A program made the position numbers and the translations under genes. From Eledone cirrhosa (taxonomy: Eukaryota): 64,000 nucleotides of DNA. Below are positions 12,481 to 26,604 of this stretch, piece by piece; within the stretch, counting starts at the first letter, position 1, and the number at the start of each line of letters is the position of its first letter. The notes below the pieces were generated by a model. That model was given only the letters and a program-made list of their open reading frames with translations. It was not told the DNA's origin and did not search any database. The DNA lies in the NCBI GenBank assembly GCA_964016885.1, contig OZ024766.1:3038001-3102000 (forward strand), written 5' to 3'.

Positions 12481-13790
12481 TACGATATAGAGGATATTAA
12501 AATATGACTCAACAGTGGAAATTACACAACATAACTATATTGATAAACTGTATATAGAAATCTTCACCTGAATAATTGAACTTATCCCTCCATCTTAAAG
12601 TCTAAAATGGTGTGTGAGTATATATATATCATCATCTGGTGGCCTCAGCCAAAATTGACTCAACAATTGATCTCCATATGGATCTGTCATACATTGCTGT
12701 TGCCAAGTCCTGGGTATCAATACCAGAATCTCTGGAGATGACATCAGGATAGGAAAGCTTGCGCCCCTGTTATTAGTGACTGCTTGTGGTTTCCAAAGCA
12801 CTAATGGGGACACAGCCTCAGAGGTGGCACAATGCCAGTGACCAGTCCACTCGGTTAAATGCATATTTTGGTGCCATGATAAAACGCACTTAGTCCACAC
12901 TGTAACATGCTTTGTGTTAGTTTCTATGGCTGGATGCCATTCCTATGTCAAAATACAGATAATAAATCAAGGTACTGTCAAAGGCCTTCTCTAGATATAC
13001 AAAAGCTAAATATAGTGGTTTATTTTTGGCTAGGAACTTCTCATGTAGTTGTCTCACTAAGAAGAGGGTATCTCTGTAGTACTTTTGCCAGGCATGAAAC
13101 CAAACTACATCTCAGGAAGAAGGTGGGAGTAAATTGTGAAAATTTATCCACGATAATTAAAAGTGGACATGTGTCAGACAGAACTTCAGTTTGTTCTTCA
13201 CAGTATTACAACCTTATTATGTACAAACAATGTTAAGAAAACATGCGAAAAATAATTGCAACCAGAGAAACCTCCAAGGGTCCCACCTGCTCAGTTTTCT
13301 AAAAAAAATGAGTCGTTTCTGACTGATTTTAAGGTTAGGTTTGTTGGTAACACGAAAAAAAAACTAGGAAAATTAACAATTTTCCACCGGACGACTGACA
13401 GGTGTTTTTACTGTAAATTTACCTTAAATTAAAACAGATTACGCTAAAATGTAGAGACATTTAATTTACTTTAAACCACAAAGTACAGCTGAATATAAAA
13501 TATATATTATAATACAAGGTAGTGATTAAATAGACGGAGGTAATTTAAATAATAAAGACACTCATAATAACAATATATTTTATATCACATGTAACAGTAG
13601 AATCTAGCTATTGTAAAATAAGACAACATTTCAGTCTAGAAGTATTTTCCTGTATATAAAAGTGACGAGGAAGAAATATGTCCAAAGTTGTTAAATATTT
13701 TCACTTGTATATAATTACTGTATCGTTGAAAGGTTCACATAATTCTATTATTTACACACATTATCATAGACTTCAAGTAAATCTTTCTCA

Positions 13791-13975
13791 ACTTACCCTC
13801 TTCCCATGTAATCAATGTGTTGTCTTCTTATATTTTATTAAACAAAGAAATAATCTCTGTTGTTGTTGAATAAGAATTTTAAAGATTTTATCAGATTTTC
13901 TTTGTCCGCCATTAACGTTGGTGTATCTTCTTATTCTTTAGCCACAGATTCGTATCTTGTCACCATGAACAAGTA
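13791..13975 (-). promoter_or_regulatory. Putative non-coding first exon/core promoter with YY1-like motif and GTAAGT donor (paralogues about 29111-29290, 37040-37215, 45770-45950, 52289-52465)
   Basis: Invariant CCGCCATT at 13906, 29229, 37156, 45892, 52404 and minus-strand gg|GTAAGT at 13791-13796 and equivalents, within a block conserved across both subfamilies. Confidence 0.55.
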
Positions 13976-14607
13976 GAGCTGGGTTTGCATTTTTTCGTCA
14001 TTAAATTACGTTGTCTTCCTCGCATTTCCCTGCTCTCACTCTCTATCTACTTGCGTTAGTGTATATGTGTATATATATATGTATATATATGTGTGTGTGT
14101 GTGTAGGGAGGTAGCCATCGTTGTTTATATAACAGACTGAATGAGTTACTGTGTATAACCCAATGAAACTTAAGTACCTGTACATGTCACAGCTGTAACT
14201 AATTATAAATATATATATATATATATGAAAAAATGGAGAGAAGAATACTGCAGGTTGCACATGGATATATATATATAAGAAAATTTCGCTCTACATGGCT
14301 GAATACGATAAATGTAATCTGAGTTTCTCGAATATTAATAATTGTTTCTACTTTTGGCACAAGGCCAGCAATTATCAAGTGTATTACTGGTACTTTATTT
14401 TATCAGCCACGTAAGGATGAAAGGCAAAGTTAACCTCGGCGGGATTCGAACTCAGATCATAAAGGGAGGTAACTCTATGCTTCAAAGCATGGCGCCCGAC
14501 CCTCTACCAAAACTGATTCGTTTGCAATTATGCAAACAAGTCTCAATTTTATAGCCATGTCAGTAGAATGAACACTTCATTCTTGCTCTTATGTTGGCAT
14601 GTGAACA

Positions 14608-14657
14608 GAACTGCAGACACTAATGTTTCTGGGTATCACCCTTCATCATTGCAGTTC
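14608..14657 (-). ncRNA. Hammerhead motif with C3-to-A core mutation (paralogue of 29704-29753)
   Basis: GAACTGCA-ATGATGA-AGGGTGATACCCA-GAAA-CATTAGTG-TC-TGCAGTTC. Confidence 0.6.
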
Positions 14658-14715
14658 ACCTGCCAAACTGTCAGAGCTAGTGAAAATATATGCTATTTTC
14701 AAAAAAAGACATATA

Positions 14716-15553
14716 TCGAATTATACATTGTAAATTATTCCTCCTACGGCAGTTCTATATCGAACCTCTCACCTCGTTACGAAACAATAAATACCCATTA
14801 CTCCTACCAATATTTAAAGTATTAAAAGTATTAAAAAACCTTAAATTTATTTATTTAATTATAAATACGGAAAGTGTAGAGATAGAAGATAAATAAAACT
14901 TCAAAATAATCATAATATCCGACATTGTTTTGAGAAGAATAGTGTAAAATTGACACCGGTTTAGGGGTTCGACGTAACCCTTGCCCTCTCGTTCCCATGG
15001 TGACTTGATGTTCAGATTAAAGAGAGGTGTGCAATAAATTAATTATTTTATATTTATTCATTAATATTAAACAAGGAACAAGACCGTGGAAAATAAATTC
15101 AAAAAAATTGCCGTCGTTAAAAAAAAAATTCAGCCATTACCCTCCCATGATGCAACAGTAGAGGTAAATACTTTGACGATTTAGCGACATCAGTTCCCCA
15201 AATTTCTCTCAGCCGAAATCTCAAGAACGATAACTCTGTCTTTACTTAATCGCAAAAATGGGTGCAAAAAAGTTTCAGCTGACTTTTTTATGTTTGATGA
15301 TTGAATCACGTTAAGCGTGAAAGCTGCGATTCTTAACTTAAATTTTAACCTGTTCTTATTATATATATATATAATAATATATATATAATATATATATATA
15401 TAATAATATATATATATATATATAATATATATACATATATAAATATTTAACACAAATTACTTAACATATGTACACATTATATATATACACACATATATAT
15501 ATATATGTGTATATATATATATGTATGCATGTATATATATATGTATATACATA

Positions 15554-15610
<57 letters not shown>

Positions 15611-15865
15611 CAACGATGGTTGCTAGACACTGTAAACAAACATCTCGAATTAAGCCGTACAAACACACCGAGCATTATAATAAATGTTCGGTGAATCCAT
15701 AGGTACATATATATATATATGTGTGCATGTATGTATATATATATATATACATACTACTGTACGTCTGTATACATATATGTATGTACGTATACATACTTAT
15801 ATTTAAGTAACAGTCGTACTAAGAGTGGGAAATGAAATTTCGTTTCATTTTTTCCGTTTAGTAGT
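14716..15865 (+). mobile_element. Non-autonomous microsatellite-containing element, blocks A-(TA)n-B-C; Helitron-like assignment tentative
   Basis: Block A (about 14730-15362) recurs inverted at about 16742-17390 and direct at about 18485-19140; blocks B/C recur at about 17885-18125, 23465-23560 and 24178-24262; C ends with hairpin aaatgaaa-tttcg-tttcattt. Confidence 0.6.
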
Positions 15866-17390
<1,525 letters not shown>

Positions 17391-17797
17391 TTCTATTATT
17401 TTAACATACAAATGATATACATTATATGTATCTATATTGATATACATTATATGTATCTATATTGATATATAATATATATATGTGTATAATATATATATGT
17501 GTATGCACGTATATGTATATATATATATATATACATGGTATATGTATGTATATATATATATATACACAGTATGTGTATATATATACATATATACACAGTA
17601 TATGTATGTATATATGTATATATATATACACAGTATATGTATGTATATATATATATATATATATACACAGTATATGTATGTATGTATGTATATATATATA
17701 TATATATATACACACTATATGTATGTATATATATATATACATACATATACAGTATATGTATATATATATATATATACAGTATATGTGTGTACACATA

Positions 17798-17829
<32 letters not shown>

Positions 17830-18138
17830 CAGTATATGTGTGTAAATATATATATGTATATATATATATAAGTATGCATATATATGAGCAACGATGGTTG
17901 CTAGACACTGTACGGCTTAATTCGAGATGTTTGTTTACAAACACACCGAGCATTACAATAAATGTTCGGTGAATCCATACGTACATATATATATGTGTGC
18001 ATGTATGTATATATATATACATATATGTATACAGACGTACAGTAGTATGTACGTATACATACTTACATTTAAGTAACAGCTGTACTAAGAGTGAGAAATG
18101 AAATTTCGTTTCATTTTCCGTTTATTATATATATATAA

Positions 18139-18199
18139 CAAAGTTAACCTCGGCAGGATTTGAACATTCTGTGTTCAAATCCTGCCGAGGTTAACTTTG
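18139..18199. repeat. Perfect 28-bp-arm hairpin at the truncated 5' end of a family B SINE
   Basis: caaagttaacctcggcaggatttgaaca-ttctg-tgttcaaatcctgccgaggttaactttg. Confidence 0.92.
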
Positions 18200-18284
18200 C
18201 CTTTCATCCTTACGGGGTCGATAAAATAAAGTACCAGTAATGCACTGGAGTAATTGCTGGCCTTGTGTCAAAAGTAGAAACAAT

Positions 18285-18317
<33 letters not shown>

Positions 18318-19584
18318 CTCTTTATATATACATGTGTATAGATGTATGTATATATATATATATATATATATTTAGTAATAATAATAATAAATGTGAAGAC
18401 TAAAATCCAAAGAGGGCTCGATAAGAATAAATATATCGAATTATACATATATATATATATATATATATATAAAATAAAATAAACATTGTAAATTATTCCT
18501 ACTACGGCAGTTCGATATTGAACCTCTCACCTCGTTACCAAACAATAAATACCCATTACTCATACCAACGAAGCTACCAGAAAACTTGTAATTTTATATA
18601 TTTAAAGTATTAAAAACCTTAAATTTATTTATTTAATTATAAATACGGAAAGTGTAGAGATAGAAGATAAATAAAACTTCAAAATAATCATAATATCCGA
18701 CATTGTTTTGAGAAGAATAGTGTAAAATTGACACCGGTTTAGGGGTTCGACGTAACCCTTGCCCTCTCGTTCCCATGGTGACTTGATGTTCAGATTAAAG
18801 AGAGGTGTGCAATAAATTAATTATTTTATATTTATTCATTAATATCAAACAAGGAACAAGACCGTGGAAAATAAATTCAAAAAAATTGCCGTCGTTAAAA
18901 AAAAAATTCAGCCATTACCCTCCCATGATGCAACAGTAGAGGTAAATACTTTGACGATTTAGCGACATCAGTTCCCCAGATTTCTCTCAGCCGAAATCTC
19001 AAGAACGATAACTCTGTCTTTACTTAATCGCAAAAATGGGTGCAAAAAAGTTTCAGCTGACTTTTTTATGTTTGATGATTGAATCACGTTAAGCGTGAAA
19101 GCAGCGATTCTTAACTTAAATTTTAACCTGTTCTTATAATATATATATAATAATATATATATAATATATATATATATATAATTATTTAACACAAATTACT
19201 TAACATATATCTATATACGTACACACACGTTATATATATATATATACCATATGTGTATATATATATATATGTATATATACATATCTATCTCTCTCTATAT
19301 ATATATGTATATATATATATATGTGTATATATATATATATGTATGCATATATATATATACATGTGTATATATATATATAAATATATGTATATATATATAC
19401 ACAGTATATGTATGTATATATATATATATATACAGTATATGTATATATATATATACAGTATATGTATATATATATATACACAGTATATGTGTGTGTATAT
19501 ATATATACAGTATATGTCTGTGTATATATATATATATAGTATATGTATGTGTATATATATATATATATGTGTGTATCTCAAGCT

Positions 19585-22500
19585 GTAATGGAGTCTGTGC
19601 TGCTGTACGGGTCTGAGACTTGGACACTGACCAAGAAACTCACTCAGATGGTGGATGGATGCTACACGAGAATGCTGAGGATGGCTCATTGTTGTAGTGG
19701 AGTCTGTGCTGCTGTACGGGTCTGAGACTTGGACACTGACCAAGAAACTCACTCAGATGGTGGATGGGTGCTACACGAGAATGCTGAGGATGGCTCATTG
19801 TTGTAGTGGAGTCTGTGCTGCTGTACGGGTCTGAGACTTGGACACTGGCCAAGAAACTCACTCAGATGGTGGATGGATGCTACACGAGAATGCTGAGGAT
19901 GGCTCATTGTTGTAGTGGAGTCTGTGCTGCTGTACGGGTCTGAGACTTGGACACTGACCAAGAAACTCACTCAGATGGTGGATGGATGCTACACGAGAAT
20001 GCTGAGGATGGCTCATTGTTGTAGTGGAGTCTGTGCTGCTGTACGGGTCTGAGACTTGGACACTGACCAAGAAACTCACTCAGATGGTGGATGGGTGCTA
20101 CACGAGAATGCTGAGGATGGCTCATTGTTGTAGTGGAGTCTGTGCTGCTGTACGGGTCTGAGACTTGGACACTGGCCAAGAAACTCACTCAGATGGTGGA
20201 TGGATGCTACACGAGAATGCTGAGGATGGCTCATTGTTGTAGTGGAGTCTGTGCTGCTGTACGGGTCTGAGACTTGGACACTGACCAAGAAACTCACTCA
20301 GATGGTGGATGGATGCTACACGAGAATGCTGAGGATGGCTCATTGTTGTAGTGGAGTCTGTGCTGCTGTACGGGTCTGAGACTTGGACACTGACCAAGAA
20401 ACTCACTCAGATGGTGGATGGATGCTACACGAGAATGCTGAGGATGGCTCATTGTTGTAGTGGAGTCTGTGCTGCTGTACGGGTCTGAGACTTGGACACT
20501 GACCAAGAAACTCACTCAGATGGTGGATGGATGCTACACGAGAATGCTGAGGATGGCTCATTGTTGTAGTGGAGTCTGTGCTGCTGTACGGGTCTGAGAC
20601 TTGGACACTGACCAAGAAACTCACTCAGATGGTGGATGGATGCTACACGAGAATGCTGAGGATGGCTCATTGTTGTAGTGGAGTCTGTGCTGCTGTACGG
20701 GTCTGAGACTTGGACACTGACCAAGAAACTCACTCAGATGGTGGATGGATGCTACACGAGAATGCTGAGGATGGCTCATTGTTGTAGTGGAGTCTGTGCT
20801 GCTGTACGGGTCTGAGACTTGGACACTGACCAAGAAACTCACTCAGATGGTGGATGGATGCTACACGAGAATGCTGAGGATGGCTCATTGTTGTAGTGGA
20901 GTCTGTGCTGCTGTACGGGTCTGAGACTTGGACACTGACCAAGAAACTCACTCAGATGGTGGATGGATGCTACACGAGAATGCTGAGGATGGCTCATTGT
21001 TGTAGTGGAGTCTGTGCTGCTGTACGGGTCTGAGACTTGGACACTGACCAAGAAACTCACTCAGATGGTGGATGGATGCTACACGAGAATGCTGAGGATG
21101 GCTCATTGTTGTAGTGGAGTCTGTGCTGCTGTACGGGTCTGAGACTTGGACACTGACCAAGAAACTCACTCAGATGGTGGATGGATGCTACACGAGAATG
21201 CTGAGGATGGCTCATTGTTGTAGTGGAGTCTGTGCTGCTGTACGGGTCTGAGACTTGGACACTGACCAAGAAACTCACTCAGATGGTGGATGGATGCTAC
21301 ACGAGAATGCTGAGGATGGCTCATTGTTGTAGTGGAGTCTGTGCTGCTGTACGGGTCTGAGACTTGGACACTGACCAAGAAACTCACTCAGATGGTGGAT
21401 GGATGCTACACGAGAATGCTGAGGATGGCTCATTGTTGTAGTGGAGTCTGTGCTGCTGTACGGGTCTGAGACTTGGACACTGACCAAGAAACTCACTCAG
21501 ATGGTGGATGGATGCTACACGAGAATGCTGAGGATGGCTCATTGTTGTAGTGGAGTCTGTGCTGCTGTACGGGTCTGAGACTTGGACACTGACCAAGAAA
21601 CTCACTCAGATGGTGGATGGATGCTACACGAGAATGCTGAGGATGGCTCATTGTTGTAGTGGAGTCTGTGCTGCTGTACGGGTCTGAGACTTGGACACTG
21701 ACCAAGAAACTCACTCAGATGGTGGATGGATGCTACACGAGAATGCTGAGGATGGCTCATTGTTGTAGTGGAGTCTGTGCTGCTGTACGGGTCTGAGACT
21801 TGGACACTGACCAAGAAACTCACTCAGATGGTGGATGGATGCTACACGAGAATGCTGAGGATGGCTCATTGTTGTAGTGGAGTCTGTGCTGCTGTACGGG
21901 TCTGAGACTTGGACACTGACCAAGAAACTCACTCAGATGGTGGATGGATGCTACACGAGAATGCTGAGGATGGCTCATTGTTGTAGTGGAGTCTGTGCTG
22001 CTGTACGGGTCTGAGACTTGGACACTGACCAAGAAACTCACTCAGATGGTGGATGGATGCTACACGAGAATGCTGAGGATGGCTCATTGTTGTAGTGGAG
22101 TCTGTGCTGCTGTACGGGTCTGAGACTTGGACACTGACCAAGAAACTCACTCAGATGGTGGATGGATGCTACACGAGAATGCTGAGGATGGCTCATTGTT
22201 GTAGTGGAGTCTGTGCTGCTGTACGGGTCTGAGACTTGGACACTGACCAAGAAACTCACTCAGATGGTGGATGGATGCTACACGAGAATGCTGAGGATGG
22301 CTCATTGTTGTAGTGGAGTCTGTGCTGCTGTACGGGTCTGAGACTTGGACACTGACCAAGAAACTCACTCAGATGGTGGATGGATGCTACACGAGAATGC
22401 TGAGGATGGCTCATTGTTGTAGTGGAGTCTGTGCTGCTGTACGGGTCTGAGACTTGGACACTGACCAAGAAACTCACTCAGATGGTGGATGGATGCTACA

Positions 22501-22848
22501 CGAGAATGCTGAGGATGGCTCATTGTTGTAGTGGAGTCTGTGCTGCTGTACGGGTCTGAGACTTGGACACTGACCAAGAAACTCACTCAGATGGTGGATG
22601 GGTGCTACACGAGAATGCTGAGGATGGCTCATTGTTGTAGTGGAGTCTGTGCTGCTGTACGGGTCTGAGACTTGGACACTGACCAAGAAACTCACTCAGA
22701 TGGTGGATGGATGCTACACGAGAATGCTGAGGATGGCTCATTGTTGTAGTGGAGTCTGTGCTGCTGTACGGGTCTGAGACTTGGACACTGACCAAGAAAC
22801 TCACTCAGATGGTGGATGGGTGCTACACGAGAATGCTGAGGATGGCTC
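19585..22848 (+). repeat. 109-bp tandem array, 29 full units plus a final unit running into a LINE
   Basis: Identical 73-aa ORFs recur every 109 bp; the unit encodes (M/V)[32 protein letters not shown]. Confidence 0.97.
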
Positions 22849-23170
22849 TGAACATTAATCAGTATACACTGAGGATGAAAAACTCAGAGCTGTATGGGAG
22901 CCTCCCAAAAGTCAGCTCAAAAGTGACACAGAGGAGATTGAGGTTAGCTGGACATGCTTACCGACATCCAGAGTTGACATTGCACTCAGTGCTCCTTTGG
23001 GAGCCCCTACATGGACACACTGGAAGAGGTAGACCAAGGTTAACGTATGTTGATGCCCTAAGGACAGACACTGGTCTGTTGGAGACGCAGGACATGGCAG
23101 CGATAATGAGGGACAGAGACCGCTGGAGAGAACTCGTCCATGGATCTCGGGAATTTTACCCGCCTTAGAA
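22746..23170 (+). mobile_element. RTE/RTEX-like LINE 3' fragment
   Basis: ORF 22749-23168: [40 protein letters not shown]; typical C-terminus of RTE-group ORF2. Confidence 0.85.
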
Positions 23171-23209
23171 TATATGTGTATATATATATACAGTATATGT
23201 ATGTCTATG

Positions 23210-23243
<34 letters not shown>

Positions 23244-23269
23244 CATATATACAGTATATGTATGTCTAC

Positions 23270-23316
<47 letters not shown>

Positions 23317-23833
23317 CAGTATATGTATGTCTACATATATATATATGTATATATATATACATATATATATATATACAGTATATGTGTGTGTATATATATA
23401 TATACATATCTATCCCTCTCTCTCTATATATATATATGTGTGTATATATATATGTATGCACATATATGAGCAACGATGGTTGCTAGACACTGTACGGCTT
23501 AATTCGAGATGTTTGTTTACAAACACGCCCAGCATTATGATAAATGTTTGGTGCATCCATACATACATATATATATATGTGTGCATGTATGTATATCATC
23601 ATCATCATCGTTTAACGTCCATGTTCCACGCTTGCATGGGTTTGGACGAGAGTTTTCCCACTTGAGGCAAGAGTGGTTGTCTTGCTCGCAAAGGACTGTC
23701 TGGCAGGTTTTCTACAGCTGGATGCCCTTCCTAACACCAACCACGTTTACAGTGTCGGACTGGGAGGTTTTTACCGTGTTGCCTACACGGCCACATTACA
23801 GCGTGGACTGTGTGTTTTTTATACATACTACAT

Positions 23834-24177
23834 GGAGGCACATGGCTTAGTGGTTAGTTCATTGGCCTTGCAATCGAAATGTTGTGAGTTCAATTCTCAG
23901 ACCGGGTGATGTGTTGTTTCCTTGAGCAAGACACTTTATTTCACATTGCTCCAGTTCACTCAGCTGTAGAAATGAGATGATAGGGACTGGGGTCCCTATC
24001 ATTCCACTGCAAAGTGGTCGTGGAGGTGCCACGGCAAAAAAAAAAGCACCCAGCACTCACTGTAAATGAGGTTGGTGTTAGGAAGGGCATCCAGCTGTAG
24101 AAATCAAGCCAGAATCAGTTCCCGTCCCACCCTTGCAAGCAGGGAAAAGTGGACGTAAAATGAAATGAAATGAAATG
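23834..24177 (+). mobile_element. SINE family A
   Basis: Same head, core and RTE tail as 7734-8056; ends (aaatg)n. Confidence 0.85.
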
Positions 24178-24407
24178 ACTGTACGTCTGTATACATACTT
24201 ATATTTAAGTAACAGCCGTACTAAGAGTAAGAAATGAAATTTCGTTTCATTTTTTCCGTTTATATATATATACTTAGGTTAATAGGAGTTAGGTATTGTA
24301 TACCTGTGTCCCATTAAGGTATTGGCAGCATAATAATTAGCTCTATGCTTTGGAGCAGAGCCGTATATATGAAAAAGAACACAAGAGCGTCTACAACATC
24401 AAAAGAT

Positions 24408-24467
24408 TTTTATTGGCTTACAATGTTTCTTCCTTACGTAACCGTAGGATTCGTCAGAGCTATAAAA
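24408..24467 (-). ncRNA. Type I hammerhead ribozyme motif (left arm)
   Basis: Reverse complement of the 24549-24608 motif. Confidence 0.72.
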
Positions 24468-24548
24468 GGGGTTTGATTGGTGTTATGGACTCTACCAACC
24501 AAACATTCAAGAACAAAGAGTAAAGAGAGTAAAGAGCAATCAAACCCC

Positions 24549-24608
24549 TTTTATAGCTCTGACGAATCCTACGGTTACGTAAGGAAGAAACATTGTAAGC
24601 CAATAAAA
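24549..24608 (+). ncRNA. Type I hammerhead ribozyme motif (right arm) ending in AATAAA
   Basis: ttttatagct-CTGACGA-aTCCTACG-gtta-CGTAAGGAa-GAAA-CATTG-TA-agccaataaaa; GUA cleavage triplet, interrupted stem I. Confidence 0.72.
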
Positions 24609-24648
24609 ATCTTTTGATGTTGTAGACGCTCTTGTGTTCTTTTTCATT

Positions 24649-24694
<46 letters not shown>

Positions 24695-25045
24695 ACAGTA
24701 CTGAGAAGTACGGAATACCTCGGCTTCGGGATGGAGTCTACATTTTGTGCTTATAAAAAAAATTTGTCGTAGATTACCAGGGTTTTTTTCCGTGCGAAGA
24801 AAATCAATACTTTATCGTGAAATAAATACTTTTGTTTATATTTTGTGTATGCAAAAATATCTGTACACGAATATATAATTATACGGGATAACAAGTTATC
24901 GTTGTAGGTAATCCACTTAGAGGTAGTCCAGTTAGAATACTCCGTGTTGTGGATGGTTTTAACGTATGGCATAGTTTTACTCAACAAGACACTTCCATAG
25001 TGATGCAGCAAGTTCGGGGTGATTTCTATGTAGGTTAAACTTGGA

Positions 25046-25088
<43 letters not shown>

Positions 25089-25416
25089 TAACAGATTAAA
25101 GTTTAAGTAAAGAATCGCTGCTTTCACCCTTAACGGGATCTTCTGCAACTAAAAAAAAATCAATCTGTGAACGCAAAAGTAAATATTTTGAAAAACGTTA
25201 CACACTATATATATATATATATATACATATATATACACACACCACGTCATAATGTTGTAATGCAGACAGCCAGACATACAGACAGATATTATAAGGGTGC
25301 AACGTTATATCTATGTATCTATCTAAAAAGAGAAAGACTAAGAATTTTAGAGAGATCGCTAAATTGCCTAATACGGTCCATAGGGCAGTGAAAATTTGAC
25401 CATAAGTATTACATTT

Positions 25417-26088
25417 TTTGTTGTGACACCTACACGACCACTTTACAGTGTGGGCTGGCTGCTTTTTTGTGACACCTACACAACCACTTTACAGTGTGGG
25501 CTGGCTGCTTTTTTGTGACACCTACACAACCACTTTACAGTGTGGGCTGGCTGCTTTTTTACCATGGCACCTACGTGACCACTTTACAGTGTGGGCTGGG
25601 TGTTTTTTTGTTGTGAGACCTACACGACCACTTTACAGCGTGGGCTGGGTGCTTTTTTACCATGGCACCTACGTGACCACTTTACAGTGTGGGCTGGGTG
25701 TTTTTTTGTTGTGAGACCTACACGACCACTTTACAGTGCGGGCTGGGTGTTTTTTTGTTGTGAGACCTACACGACCACTTTACAGCGTGGGCTGGGTGTT
25801 TTTTTGTTGTGACACCTACACAACCACTTTACAGTGTGGGCTGGGTGCTTTTTTACCATGGCACCTACGTGACCACTTTACAGTGTGGGCTGGGTGTTTT
25901 TTTGTTGTGAGACCTACATGACCACTTTACAGTGTGGGCTGGGTGTTTTTTTTGTTGTGACACCTACAAGACCACTTTACAGCGTGGGCTTGGTGTTTTT
26001 TTGTTATGAGACCTACACGACCACTTTACAGCGTGGGCTGAGTGTTTTTTTTTTTTGTTGTGACACCTTATCAATCATTTTACAGTGA
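25417..26088. repeat. 46-50-bp minisatellite, about 14 copies (about 5 copies at the paralogous 31965-32175)
   Basis: Unit ttgtgagacctacacgaccactttacagtgtgggctgggtgtttttttg; resembles the SINE segment at about 8356-8412. Confidence 0.9.
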
Positions 26089-26604
26089 TGTTATCCTTGA
26101 TATGAGATATTTCACAGCTACTTACCTACAATATCAAATATAGAATATTTTCTTACTTCAGGAAATTTGTTAGATACAACTAAAAGGAGTTCTCTGAAAA
26201 AATGCTTTTATTAAAAATACAACAATATCAAATTATCTCATCAATGTAAGATATAGTTGTAGTGTTTGATGGTTGTTATTACAGTGTAATATCTTCTTTC
26301 ATATGTAGATATATTTATGGTTAAAAAGACATTAGTTTCATACAATGATTTTTAGCACTGATACTGTTACACTTCTGTATGAACACATATATGTGTAGTT
26401 AATTTGCTATTTTGAAAGAATGATTTACCACAGATATCACACTGAAGAGCTTTCTCTCTGGCATGAATATACATGTGTCTAGATAAGCTACTTGAATGTG
26501 GAAATGATTTACCACAGATATCACAATGATAATGTTTCTCTCCTGTATGAATAAGTTTGTGCCGAGATAAGTAACTCGTATGATAGAATGATTTATCACA
26601 GATA

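Larger units (their letters stand above)
24369..24647. repeat. Perfect 111-bp inverted repeat with 57-bp spacer; Penelope-like terminal repeat remnant
   Basis: 24369-24479 is the reverse complement of 24537-24647; flanked by TA repeats. Confidence 0.95.

Noticed and set aside
13678-13869. Repeated MSKVVKYF ORF in four units as a small conserved gene
   Set aside because: Frameshifted in the 45658 copy, variable C-terminus, and antisense to the putative first exon; conservation is explained by duplication.
19670-19760. Hammerhead inside the 109-bp unit (CTGAGGA...GAAA)
   Set aside because: No stem I complement and no stem III pairing; both words are explained by the LINE protein sequence.
19585-22848. 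CRISPR array or tandem small-protein genes (73-aa MSFLVSVQ ORFs)
   Set aside because: No unique spacers; units are identical LINE coding fragments and the ORFs are their antisense read-through.
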